The notes below the pieces were generated by a model that ran no database searches, was not told the DNA's origin, and was given only the letters and a program-made list of their open reading frames with translations. This document shows, in pieces, positions 30,080-48,515 of a stretch of 64,000 nucleotides of DNA (the stretch's first letter is position 1; each line of letters opens with the position of its first letter). Origin of the DNA: the human T2T-CHM13v2.0 reference genome, Homo sapiens; NCBI RefSeq assembly GCF_009914755.1, contig NC_060926.1, one strand, 5' to 3'. The position numbers were made by a program, and so were the translations under genes.

Positions 30080-30919
30080 AGTAGTGTTGCATTGGGAACC
30101 GCAGGTCACAAACCAAACTGTAGAAAAGACAAGGTCCACATCTTTTAATAGCCAGAGCTCTCTATAGTCCTGAGACAGTGGATTTGCATCACTATCAAAC
30201 AGTAAATGAAAAATACCATTATATTAAAAATAGATAAGTGATATTTTGCTTACGTGGCAGGGTAGTGAAATTATGTCTTTGAATGTGTCATTTTACCTGA
30301 CCTAACATCTTTTTTTGTAAAATGCATGTAATTATAGATTTTTCTTACTGGGAGACTGTAAAAAACATATACCCAAATTAAGTTAATAAAGCACAACAAT
30401 CACCCTTTGTTGCTGCCTGGGGACAGCTAGGTCCTAAGGTTGGGTCTCATAGCTTTCATCTGTTAGTTCAGCTCTTCCTAGTGTCTGAGACTGATCCTAT
30501 TCCTAGTTATAGGATATTAAATGCATTGCCAGCCATCATTTCAGCTTTGGCAAACATGAGCAAACTATGCTATTTCCTGTGACCTTGTGCCCCTACCTCG
30601 TAACTTTCAGCGTCCATGTCCTACCTTATCTGTAGTCACAGAAACTTGCATGTCACAACTAAGGCCCTATTTTAATCTCTTGGCACTGCACAGATTTTAT
30701 AGAAAATGAATTCCTATTTTGCTTTACCCATACCAACTCAGCAGTGGAACTATTGCCAATTTTCAACAACCCTAAATGCCTACTATCTTCTGCTTTGATT
30801 TCCCTTTTTATTGGATAATTTTGAGTTTCCTGCTGAAAAGTTTTACCTAGCTGCTGGAATGGCCAATGATTACTTCTTCCTGGACTTCTATGAAGCCGTT
30901 CTCTACACTTTGGCCCAAG

Positions 30920-31530
30920 TCATCACCATCTGTCTCTGAACTACTACAATAATTTTCTGTTCTCTCGTTTGCCAGCCACCCCAATACGAAAGATCACTTT
31001 AAAAAGTAAATTGGATCATGCAGCATCTCTGCTCAAAACTACTCCAGTGGCTTTCCAGTGCATTAAACAGTTCTTTAATGTGATTCTTGAAGTCCCTGCT
31101 TAATCTTGCCTGTGCCCAATCCTCCAAAGCCATTCTGTCTCTTATTCACTGACTGCTTTTAATCTTCAAACCCGCTGCCCTTTTTCTTTCTGTATATTGC
31201 ATGCACGTACTATTTTCCATCTCTTGCCTCCTTTCCCCTCTAAGCTCTTAAAGGTAATACCTACCCATCTTTCAGGTCTCTGTGAATATGTTATTTCCTT
31301 GGTACACTCTGTTATTTTCCCAATGAGATCTCTATTCAGAGCACTTTTCACAATCTGTAGTCAATTATTTATGTTGTCTTTCTTGCTTAATGGCTGCTTA
31401 GATAGTAGGATCTGTGAAGGCAGGGCTCAGACTCACATCGTTCACCACTGGATACCCAAATCTTAGCAAATTGATTCACTTGTAGAGTAGGTTGGTTTGT
31501 GGACTTCATGTTTAAACTATTAAATGAACA
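30920..31530 (+). mobile_element. L2 LINE 3' portion
   Basis: ggatcatg...tctgctcaaaac...cagtggcttt...ctgtgaaggcaggg...gttcaccactggatacc. Confidence 0.65.
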
Positions 31531-31584
31531 GATTGTCTGCTTGGATTATAATGTATCGCTTCTTTCCCTACTCTACTAAGAATA

Positions 31585-31800
31585 ATTATTGTTTATTGCA
31601 GTCACATCTTATGTACCAAGAAATCAGCATGAATTACCTCAAATCCTTACAGTCTCAATATAAGGCAGATGTTATTATTCCCATCTTACAAGAATGGAGA
31701 TGATAAACATATAGTGATTTGTGCCAAGTCATAAAACTAGTCATGATGAAGCCAGAATTATGTTCCGAATCTTTTTGACTCCCAAGTCTGTGCTCTCCCA
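31585..31800 (-). mobile_element. MIR SINE
   Basis: aatccttaca...gttattattcccatcttacaag...ccaagtcataaaactag...gactcccaagtctgtgct. Confidence 0.65.
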
Positions 31801-33098
31801 CCTCAGAACATTCATTTTCTACTGCCCAAACTTCTCCATCCTCTCTACAGATAACTACTGTAGAGCCATCACCAAGTGCCAACCTGACCCTTGATGTGTG
31901 TGTCAGCCTTTCTCGGTCCAGTCAGGCTCACCTTCAGTCTCTCACACTGATGTGGAATTATCTTCATGTAGACAAGTCTCAGTAATTGAGTCATAAGCTA
32001 GTATCCATACTTGCTTTTTGTAGCCTAGAGATGTTTGTTTGGTTAGGCAGAGCCCAAGCATTCCCTACTTGAGTGGTAGCTACTACCTAAATTATTTGGT
32101 CTAGAGCTTGGGAGAAAATAAGTTCCCAACTTACAATGTGAATAGACTCATGGACATCCCACTTCCCCATGTATCCTACCCACTGAACATTTATGACTGT
32201 GGCAATAGTCACTCTGAAATACTAGCAGGGCTCACAATATAAGAAAACATTTAGAAAAGGATTGATGCTTTAGAACCAGAGTTTGGGGTTTTGTATCACC
32301 CCTCATGCACATGAAAAAATCTGGGTAAAAACAATAAACTCCAATGGAGGAGGAGCTGGTAGTGAGCCCATGATAGAGTCACCATTGTTAAAATTCAAGT
32401 ATGACACCAGAGCACCTAAGGACGCCTCAGGAAGTGAGCTCACCAGTTACGTCAGGGGTGTCTTCTGCTCTTACCCTTGTTTGAGGTCTTTGCTCTTTCA
32501 GATTTATAGGAACATGGGACTACAGAAAGGAGATTGCTTTCAAAGTGATTAAATTCTGGACAATAATGTCTATGAGAAGATGAAAGAAATTAGTATCAAT
32601 GCAGTTAAATTAGTGAAAGGAGTGAAAGCTAAGCTCTCATAAAATATAAAGCATTATTATCAAGGGATTGTGTCTTTGTTGGATACATCTAACCTATGCT
32701 TAATAAACCATAATATTCACCTCTCTTCAGTTTATGAGATTGCCAGTTAGTCTGATTTTTTAACAGTGTGCTTTTCAACATTCAATGTGTGAGACTGTTT
32801 TTAACCAATCAAATTAGAATCAAATTTGCAAGTGAAATGCCACAAGACAGAACAGTATATTCTCTCCTGAAGTTGAAATATGAAACACCATTCATTGCCG
32901 AATTTACTAATTTTATGACCCCTATCCCAAAGTGCTTGGAAGAGGATTTATGTTGACTATATTCATGAGGCTTATTGCCCGTGATGTCATTGCTCATTAT
33001 TGTGTTTACTGATTTATTTCTCATATGCCCAACGTCAGTTTTGTTTTGTTTTGTTTCCTTAAATGAGTGGAACTGTCCTTTAGAATTGCAGTGCATAG

Positions 33099-33452
<354 letters not shown>

Positions 33453-34369
33453 TTAGAAAATTCAAGGCAATCACTGCCATATATTTTCAATTGTCTGTTC
33501 TAGCTATGTGGTGAGCAACTTGAAGACATGATCCCTGAAATTGAAGAGAGTTAAGACATAGAGGGTTTTAAGGATCTTTAGGATTTTGTGTGCTGTGACA
33601 CATTCTTTTTAATATGGCAGTATAATCACCATTTCTAAGATCATCTCTGTCTTGAATATTTCAGCCAAAAGAAATGCAAATATTCCTGAGGGTAGTAACC
33701 TGTTAATAAGTCAGCTGTCATAAACAGTTTGTCCAGATTAATGCCTGAGCAGGAGTAGCACATGGGAGGTGAGAGCCAGAATGAGGGAAAGGGCAGTACA
33801 TTTCAAAGGAGAAAGGCAGAGAAAAATATTTGAAGAATGCAAAGTAGCTTGAACCACCTTGCTGACCAATCTTAGGTATCATGGTTACCTCTGTGGAAGC
33901 ACAAGGTGGGTATTTGTTTAGACTTGATCCTTCCTGGGACAAAGTGCTGGTCAGGATAGTAAAGGGAGATTAAATGTACTTAAATGTGCTTCCAGAAGAC
34001 AGGTATGTCATCATAAAGAAGAAAGGGCTATTAGCTCCTGACCTACTTAGAAAAAGTGTAACTAAAGTGGAACCAGGAATTGTGTGAGATCTGCCTATGT
34101 CCTGTTCTCTCTCTCTCAGGGAGAGCAGAGGGCAGGAGGTTTCACCAGGAGCTCACCTGACTCTCTCCTAGGCACCTATGTTTCTGACTTTCCTTAGATA
34201 CAACCAGAAAGCTAACACACTTAGATACTTGGAGACATTTGAAACAACTCGACAGCCAGTTCACTATCCTTGGCTACCCAACTGTTTGGGAGAGTAGGAA
34301 TGCTCCAGAAGAAAATTGAATCGGCACCACTTTCCCATTTTGACCCTTGAGAAAAGAAAGAAAGAAAAT

Positions 34370-34600
34370 CAGCATTTATTGAGTAATTTGCCTTGTGCCA
34401 GACAATGTATCATATGTTTTATATATAATATTCCACAGGCAGACTCTGTTATTCCCTTTCTATAGATGAGAAACAGACTCTGAATTGCTTTAGACGACTA
34501 GCTTAAAGTTCATGAGGCCCGGAAGGGATGAACCTAGAATATAAACCCAAGCTCTTTAATTTCTAAATCAGTGGCCTTCCTCACTATCATTATGCTGTGT
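34370..34600 (-). mobile_element. MIR SINE
   Basis: catttattgagta...tgtgccagac...tatagatgagaaacagactctga. Confidence 0.65.
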
Positions 34601-34711
34601 TATGTAATTGATATCTGGAGTTCAGGGAAAATCACCATACTACTTTGTATGAGAATAGTGTGTATATGTATACATTTGTATTTTATATAAACCTATGCAT
34701 GGACATATTAA

Positions 34712-35030
<319 letters not shown>

Positions 35031-35137
35031 GTGAGTGAGTGTTTTTGCCAACCTGATAGCCTTGGTTTTTTTTTTTCCTGTACCTTCTCAGTGTCTTGGG
35101 ATGGGATCCATGATACCTGAGGAAGTAACAAAGTTTA

Positions 35138-35871
<734 letters not shown>

Positions 35872-36419
35872 ACAATAATTCTTTTTCTAATCATGGTAAA
35901 GTGTTCAGCAAACATGCCAGGTTTCCCAGTGTTTCAACATGCAGGACTAATCTTGTAGTTAATGTATATTCCTTTTCTTCCTGAGCCTTTTAACAGGAGA
36001 TGTTTTTGCCTAGTTGTTGTTATTTTTCTAATTGCCCAATTTTCTTTTCTCTGTTAAACACTAATTAAAGAATGATCTCAGGACTGCCACCTTTTTGGAG
36101 AAAACATTAATCTGCTGCCCTCGCTACATTTTAATGGGCCTAATTTATCCCTATTATCTACTCCCTTCACCACCCCAACTGAGCAAGGAAAACATTCTTA
36201 TCCCCTGCACCCTTCTCATACTCTACTGCATTTTTGCATTTTATTTTCCCTACTAGCTTCAACTGATGCTGCCTAGCCTTGTTTATGTTTACTTTTCATT
36301 ATCAGCAGAATATGCATATGACTATAAGTCTTCTCTCCTCCTCCCTCTTTCCCTGCTTGATCTGCTCTGTATTAATTTCTTTTCCTATTACTAAACCTGT
36401 ATGTACCTGTATCTGTTGA

Positions 36420-36680
36420 TGAATTAATTAATCACCCAGACATAGCTCAGCACCTGTATGAAATAGGCTCCAGGACACTGAAGCATCAATTCTAGTCTCC
36501 AGGAACCAGCAGTCTGAAAGGAGAGGCCGACACATAAACAGAAAATTGTAATAAAATGTGGTACAGGCAACCATACAGATTAGAAGAAGATTCAGGAACA
36601 CACAGAAGGAGCTACCACTCCAGCCTTGGTAGCAGGGAAGGCTTCCCCTATTGGCTGTCATTTGGAATGATTGACCATAC
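36420..36680 (-). mobile_element. L2 fragment
   Basis: agcacctgtatg...cagtctgaaaggagagg...cagggaaggcttcc. Confidence 0.5.
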
Positions 36681-37026
36681 CATAGGTAGAAAAATGGGTT
36701 GAATCCAGAATTCATTTGCATTAATAGCAAACCTTGATAATCAGTGATATTGACTTCCCTTTCATCTCTTTTACACAACTCAGTAATATTTCCATTAAGA
36801 AAATATTATAAGGCACTTTGGAATGTCCATATTAAAAATAGTATATTAATTAAAATAGCACAAAGCTCAACTAATAATCAAACCAGCCATAAACTATGGA
36901 GCAAAGAACTTTGTTTCCAAGAGATTTAAAAAAAAAAAAGAAAAAGACAAAGCTACCTGTAAGCCCTGAGCTGATTGTATTGGCTTTTAAAGACTTTTTA
37001 AAGCCTCTCCTTAAAGCAAATCACAC

Positions 37027-39334
37027 TGTATTAGTCTGTTTTCACACTCATGATAAAGACATACCCAAGACTGGGCAATTTACAAAAGCAAGAGGTTTAT
37101 GGACTTACAGTTCCACGTGACCGGGGAGGCCTAACAATCATGGCAGAAGGAAAGGAGGAGCAAGGCAGATCTTACATGGATGGCAGCAGACAAAGAGAGC
37201 TTGTGCAGAGCAACTCCTGTTTTTAAAACCATGAGCTCTCATGACACCCACTCACTATCATGAGAACAGCATGGGAAGACCCATCCCCATTATTCAATCA
37301 TCTCCCACCTGGTCCCTCCCATAACACATGGGAATTATGGGAACTACAAGATGAGATTTGGGTGGGGACACAGAGCCAAACTGTGTCATTCTGTCCCTGG
37401 CCCCTCTCAAATCTCATATCTTCACATTTCAACACCAACTATGCCTTCCCAACAGCCCTCCAAAGTCTCCACTCATTTCAGTATTAATTCAAAAGTCCAC
37501 ATTCCAAAGTCTCATCCAAGACAAGCAATTCCCTTCTACCTATGAGCCTGTAAAATCAAAAGCAAGTTAGTTACTTCCTAGATACCAAGAGGGTACAGAC
37601 ATTGGGTAAATACACCAATTCCAAATGGGAGAAATTGGCCAAAACAATGGGGTCACAGGCCCCATGCAAGTCTGAAATCCAGCAGGGTAGTTAAATCTTA
37701 AAGCTCTAAAATGATCTCTTTTGACTCCATGTCTCACATCCAGGTCATGCTGATGCAAGTGGTAGGTTCCTATAGTCTTTGGCACCTCCACTCCTGTGGC
37801 TTTGCAGGATATTGCTTCCCTCCTGGCTGCTTTCACAGGCTGGTTTTGGGTGTCTGCAGCTTTTCCAGGTGCACAGTGCAAGCTGTTGGTGGAGTTACCA
37901 CTCTGGTTTCTGGAGGATGGTGGCCCTCTTCTCACAGCTCCACTAGGTGGTGCCCCAGTAGGGACTCTGTGTGGGGGCTCCAACTCCACATTTCCCTTCC
38001 GCACTGCCTTAGCAGAGGTTCTCTATGAGGGTCCCACCCCTGCAACAAACTTCTGCCTGGGCATCCAGGCATTTTCATACATCCTCTGAAATCTAGGCGG
38101 AGGTTCCCAAATCCCAATTCTTGACTTCTGTGCACCTGCAGGCTCAACACCATGTGGAAGCTGCCAAGGCTTGAGGCTTCCACCCTCTGAAGCAACAGCC
38201 TGAGCTATACCATGGCCCCTTTTAGTTATGGCTGGAGTGGCTGGGTCACAGGGCACCAAGTCCCTAGACTGCACACAGCAGAGGGACCCTGGGCCCGGAC
38301 CACAAAATCATTTTTTCCTCCTAAACCTCTGGGCCTGTGATGGGAGGGGCTGCCGCAAAGTTCTCTAACATGCCCTGGAGATATTTTCCCCATTCTCTTA
38401 GTGATTAACATTTGGCTCCTCATTACTTATACACATTTCTGAAGCCAGCTTGAATTTCTCCTCAGAAAATGGGATTTTCTTTTCTATTGCGTTGTCAGGC
38501 TGCAAACTTCCCAAACGTTTATGCTGTCTTTCCCCTTTAAAACTGAATGCTTAACAGCACCCAAGTCACTTCTTGAATGCTTTGCTGCTTAGAAATTTCT
38601 TCTGCCAGATACCCTAAATCATCCCTCTCAAGTTCAAAGTTTCACAAATCTCTAGAGCAGAGGCAAAATGCCACCAGTCTCTTTGCTAAAACATAACAAG
38701 TGTCACCTTTGCTCCAGTTCCCAATAAGTTCCTTATCTCCATCTGAGACCACCTCAGTCTGGACCTTATTTTTTATATGCCTATTAGCATTTTTTGTCAA
38801 AGACATTCAACAAGTCTCTAGGAAGTTCCAAACTTTCCCACATTTTCCTGTCTTCTTCTGAGCCCTCCAAACTGTTCCAACTTCTGCCTATTACCCAGTT
38901 CCAAAGTAGCTTCCATGTTTTTGGGTATCTTTTCAGCAGCGCCCCACTCTACTGGTACCAATTTACTGTATTAGTTCATTTTCATGCTGCTGATAAAGAC
39001 ATACCCAAGACTGGGCAATTTCCAAAAAAAAAAAAAAGATTTATGAACTTACACTTCCACATGGCTGGGAAGGCCTCACAATCATGATGGAAGACAAGGA
39101 GGAGCAAGTCACATCTCACATAGATGTCAGCAGGGAAAGAGAGCTTGTGTAGGGCAACTCCAGTTTTTAAAACCATCAGATCTCATGAGACAAATTCACT
39201 CTGACAAGAACAGCATGAGAAAGACCTGCCCCCATAATTCAATCATCTCCCACCAGGTCCCTCCCATAACACATGTGAATTATGTGAGCTACAAGATGAG
39301 ATTTGGGTGGGGACATAGAGCCTTAACCATATCA
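37027..39334 (-). mobile_element. THE1A MaLR element, complete (LTR 37027-37388, internal 37389-38966, LTR 38967-39334)
   Basis: Two ~360-bp direct-repeat LTRs with ggaggagcaag...aaagagagcttgtg; ~1.6-kb internal region with KGNVELEPPHRVPTGAPPSGAVRRGPPSS remnant; TSD cacac/tacac. Confidence 0.93.
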
Positions 39335-41479
39335 TACACTCAGTTCTGATATTCTTGGCTTTCTGACATCCTGGACAATTAGCAATAACCAAACCTAAAA
39401 GGTAGAGAGTTATTTGAAGGATTGTATTTTGATCCCAGGGAAAATGTGACCCCCAACACCTGAATAATGAAAAAGAAAAAAAACCATACACACAGAAACT
39501 ATGAAACAGTTGAACAAAAAACCTCTTTGAAAACCAACAGATCCAGGGAATAAAAATAACAGCAGATATTTAGCTTTCTCAATAGCTCTCCCTGTTGTCC
39601 CTGCATGATAAAGAGCACAATAATTAGTGTTGACACTGACGGTCCAGAGGCAGCAGATAAAGATTTATTTAGATTAAAGGAAATTCATTTCAGAAGGTAA
39701 AGAAGATGGATAATTTATGGTGAAAAATTTCCCTGAAAACTGAATTAAATGAAACAATTTTCTTCTTTAGCAGGAATATATTTCAATCAGCAAATGACCA
39801 CACACATTTAACACTGTGTCATCCTGAGGTTGATATTGGATGCTCATGAGTTTCTTTTTTGTTTGCTTTTGGTGTTAACTTACTGCCTCTCTTGCGGTTT
39901 TCCAGATTGCTAAACCTTCTCTATTGAAACTCTTCTGTATGTCTTAAGGTACTCCTCAAATAGAAGGTGACTGCGATTGTTTCAAAAGAGAAAATTGTTT
40001 CTCATGTCAGCAGTATTTTATTTCTTTGTAATCCAAGAAAAAAGAGATACTTGTTTAAAAATCCAAAGTTCTGACATCTTGAATATAACAACTGACACTA
40101 AAAGTTTTTTAAATTGATTCACGACAATGCATTTAAAACATATTTATAAAGCACTTTATATAGATCATCAAGTGACTTTAGATATAGCCTTTCACATTAC
40201 AATGAATTATATTTTGTTCAGCTTTCTTGTCATGGTAATCCATTTCATGTGTTTTCTTTTCACAGCTGCCATAATACTCTGACTCACCATTGCCTTTTTT
40301 CCATAATTATCAGCATATTCTCCTTAATCATATGGAAATCTATTATTATTTTTGTCTCACGGCATTACAGAATGTAGACCTGAACTTTTCCGACCATGTC
40401 ACTACAGATTAAGATGTGGATTCTTTAGAATAGAATGTGTATTTTTAGAACACCATTGTGTTCCCAACCCTTATGTAAACATCACTATCATGTAGACCCC
40501 AAGGAATCCTTGATTTCAGGCATAGCCTTGCTGGGGAGAGGGACTCACACACAGTGGGATTAGAACAATTTGAAGCCTATGCATTATTTGGGGCTAAACT
40601 GAATATATGACTTGCACATATAGGGAAGATCCTTGTATTTGTAAGATGCTATCACATCACATCCAATGTTCTTTAACAAGACATGATCAATTTTGAAATT
40701 CAAGTGTTTAATAAGCTTCTGTGGAGAAGCAACAAAAACACAGTTTTGCATGGTGAAAAGAGAGAAGAGGTATCTACATATAGTGCGGGCAGGGAGAAGC
40801 GAGTGCATTCTATGTTCCTGTTCTATCATCTGTGTTACCTGCATCTTGTACTCATTCTGATTCTGGTTGTCCCTCCCTCCCCTACATCTCCCACTCTGAG
40901 GTGGTGTTTTGAATGCTCTTGAAAGTCTGTCACATTTGCTTGATATGGTTTTGGCCTGAAAACATTAGAATTGATAAACCAATTTGTTTTTTTATGAATC
41001 ACTAATAATTTGAGCATGATAGATTTCCTCTAAATGCAGAGCTCATTCTTTCATGGCCATCTGATGTATTAACAGAAGCTGGTCTGGAGAAAGGCTGAGG
41101 CTTCCTCCTTAAGCATGTTCCCAGTGCCAACTGATAAGCAATTAGAAAAAGCAGAGCTGGCATCTGAAGGCTCCTGTGTTCTAGGGTGGGCATCTCAATA
41201 TCTGATTCTCATTCCATCGTATTCATTTCTGGTTGTGTGACTTTGCTTACTTATAGTCTCTGAGGCTACGTTTCTTCCCCTGATAAATGAAGGGTTTTTT
41301 GATTTTGCACAGGACTATTCCTGAAATAGCCATGGGAAATGAATGGAGAATAGTTTGTATATATTTTTAAATCCACTGAAATAAATCTGGTCATTTATTC
41401 TTTTCTTGAACAAAGATTAATTACAGATGTATTGGACATTATGTCTATAGGAAGGGTAGGAGGTGTGGTACAATAGAAA

Positions 41480-42240
41480 TTCCAGACAGAGAGAAATGGA
41501 GATGATGATAGCTATATTGAGCCTAGCAGGGCCATTGGCCTCCTTGCTAGAAAGTTTGAATTTATGCTGAAGGCAAAATAAGGAGATATGATTTTATGTA
41601 CTTTAAAGATCCAACTAAAACCGCATGGAGACTGGAGTAGAGAGAGAGGTGAAATGGAGGCAGAGAGCATCCTTAAAAATAATCCAGTGAAGAGATGGTG
41701 AGTGTCTGAACTAGGGCTTATGGCATTAGGGATGAGGAAGTGTGGAGACAGATGAGGAATAACTAAGGGATAGAGTTGGCATTGCTTGGAACATAATTAA
41801 TGTGGGAGGTGAGCAACCCTGGGGAAGATGCTAAGTTCAGTCTGGGACAAGTTGAGTTTGAGGGCATGCAGGCAGAGTGAATGGTTTTATATAAGTGTTT
41901 GGAGTGTGGGAGAGGGTTTAGGGATATAGCTATAGATCTGGAGTGCAGCAGCACACCATATATAAATAAGGCTCTTTGGGCCACTGAATTGATGAGATTG
42001 CCCAAGGAGAGAAAAGAAGATAGCAAAGAATAGAATTCTGGGGAGCAGCAGAACTTAGGGGAGCAACTAAGAAAGGGAGCCAAAAAAGGAAACTGAGAAA
42101 GAATAGTCAGGCAGCTGAGAGAAGAACAAGAAGGGTGGAGTCACAGGAAAAAAGAAATTGTCAGCAATAACACATGCAGGGAGATCAGATGAAATAAGAA
42201 CTGAAATCATCCAGTGGTTTGTGGATCTGGATAAGTAGCT
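41480..42240 (-). mobile_element. L2 LINE fragment
   Basis: Purine-rich L2 motifs: atggaggcagagag, aatccagtgaagagatggtg, ggacaagttgagtttgagg, gatgagattgcccaaggaga. Confidence 0.7.
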
Positions 42241-43386
42241 CAGAGAGAAGTCAGATGTGTTTCCAGAAAATGTTTATTGCTTAAGCAAGACCAATCCCTG
42301 TGCTAGGGTACTTTGCCAAGGTTTCTAAATTGGCTTTATTTACAGAAGGATTACACCTCTACAAATGCACACAGGTCAATCAATCCACTCCATTCTCAGC
42401 CAAGATCATTATGACTTCTTTTCATATGTGCTTTAATTTTCGTTCATTTGTTTGTTTGTTTAGAAATAGGAGTGTTGAAAAATAACCTAGTTGCCAATTT
42501 GGTTATGTGCAACTGTTAAATATAGATGGATAAATAGATGGGTGGATAGATAGATAGATAAGACAGATAAATAGTGGCTACCAAAATGTTTGAGGTAGGA
42601 GAGCTTCAGCTACTCTCTTACTATACTGCTAACAATTATAAGGAAAGAAATTCTCAACAAAATGTATTGATGGATTCTCAGTTTCCTGTCCTAATAGGTG
42701 CTCTGAACAATAGCTTGCATGAAAGGAGCACTTGAGGTAAACCTGCTGCCTTTGGGAGGCAGGATTGTTACCTTATGGGAGTGATCAGGCAGGCAGAAAT
42801 TCTGCATCTCAGTCTCGGGGCACAGAGCATTTAGGGCTGAGACCTCGCGTACCATCCCTAAGGATCCAGGCCTCAGGCATAGCTATATGATTTGTTCTTC
42901 ATATAATCGTGGGCAGTATCTCTAAAATATTTTAGCCCATCCACAATGTTGAATATCAGTATTTTCACCCATGAATCATCCGTTGTGTTAATTAACTGGC
43001 CAACAATTTCACCAATGAAAAGCCATTTCTAATATTTGTTATGCAAAGCCCCTGATGTTAATTGAAATATACCTAGGAGCATTTACACTGGCCACCTCTA
43101 CTGTGTGACTTTTATGGGGGAAAACTTGTGACCACCCATGAGGGTGTGAATTCCTGATTAAGGCAATAAACTGCTCCTTCAGTGGGATTTAAAGAAAAGA
43201 ACACACATAACTCACTCTTTTTTTCTAAGGAGAATTTTAAAGTAAATAGAAAATATCATAGTAAGGAGGTAGGAAGACTGAGACATCATTGTGAAACCAC
43301 CAACTACATCTTTGTGATGAATGAAAATATCATTTGGAAACAATATCTGTCACACTAAAAACTAGCCTTTCAGAGTATGTTTATTC

Positions 43387-43687
43387 TTTTTTTTTTTAAT
43401 TCTTTTTTTTTTTTCTGAGAAGGAGTCTTGCTCTGTTGCCCAGGCTGAACTGCAGCGGCACGATCCTGGCTCACTGCAACCTCCGCCTCCCAGGTTGGAG
43501 CGACTCTTCTGCCTCAGCCTCCTGACTACCTGGGATTACAGGTGCACGCCACCACACTCAGCTAATTTTTGCATGTGGGGTTTCACCATGTTGGCCAGGC
43601 TGGTCTTGAACTCCTGACCTCAGGTGATCCGCCCGCCTCGGCCTCCCAAAGTGCTGAGAGTACAGGCTTGAGCTACTGTACGCTGCC
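43387..43687 (-). mobile_element. AluSx-like with short linker deletion
   Basis: gacctcaggtgatccgccc; TSD cagagtat(g/t)tttatt (14/15). Confidence 0.92.
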
Positions 43688-43790
43688 CAGAGTATTTTTA
43701 TTGTGCCACAAATTTTTGAAATCCTCTCCATAACCGATGTTCAGATCTCATTCTCTTATGAACATTTTTGTCATAGCCCACTCATTCTCA

Positions 43791-43846
43791 TACACACAGA
43801 CACACACACACACACACACACAGACACACCACACGCACACACATAC
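43791..43846. repeat. Interrupted (CA)n microsatellite
   Basis: Visible. Confidence 0.9.
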
Positions 43847-44629
43847 TAAAAACAGCATGATCATCAAATTGCCTGAAGTGTACCATCATAATATTTCACA
43901 TCTGTGCTTGTACAAAGAGAAATATTCTGATGCTCTGCTGTACCTGCAAGTTGTTTCAGTCAGTTAAGAGGTTCCTCAGCTAACAACCTGAGTAAGGCTA
44001 TACATGATTAAGTTAAAGAGCGAAAACCCGAATGCTAGCATAGACCTGTAGTATTTATATATCATTTTTTTGATTACAAAAATATTGGTATGCTTATTAC
44101 ATAACGTTCAAATATTACAGAAAAGCCTAATGTAGAAAATGAATATCTTCAGTAATCCTATTTCCTAAGATAACTGCTGTTAGCTTGGTGTGGTTTATGG
44201 AAGAACTTTTCCCTTGCAAGAATAAATATATGTAAATACAATTTTTTCGATAGGATCCTAGTCATATATGTTGTTTTACAATTTTTAAATAATTCACCCT
44301 AAACACATCTTCTAATCAGTATGCAGAGATAGTTTTTTAGATAACTTTAGGGTTTCCATTTCCAATGTCAAATTAAAGCCATCCTATTACATACTTTCTG
44401 AACACATTGTTTTTCTTTCTTTTTTATTAGACTTTAAGTTCTAGGGTACAAGTGCACAACGTGCAGGTTTGTTACATATGTATACATGTGCCATGTTGTT
44501 GTCCTGCACCCATTAACTCGTCATTTATATTAGGTATATCGCCTAATGCTATCCTTCCCCCCTCCCCATACCCCATGACAGGCCCCAGTATGTGATGTTC
44601 CCCACCCTATGTCCAAGTGTTCTCATTGT

Positions 44630-48452
<3,823 letters not shown>

Positions 48453-48515
48453 TATGATGTTAGCTGGTTATTTTGCTCATTAGGTGATGCAGTTTCTTCC
48501 TAGCATCGATGGTCC

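Noticed and set aside
37567-38423. Several overlapping ORFs of 65-145 aa
   Set aside because: Fragments of the decayed THE1 internal ORF and its antisense; no continuous frame
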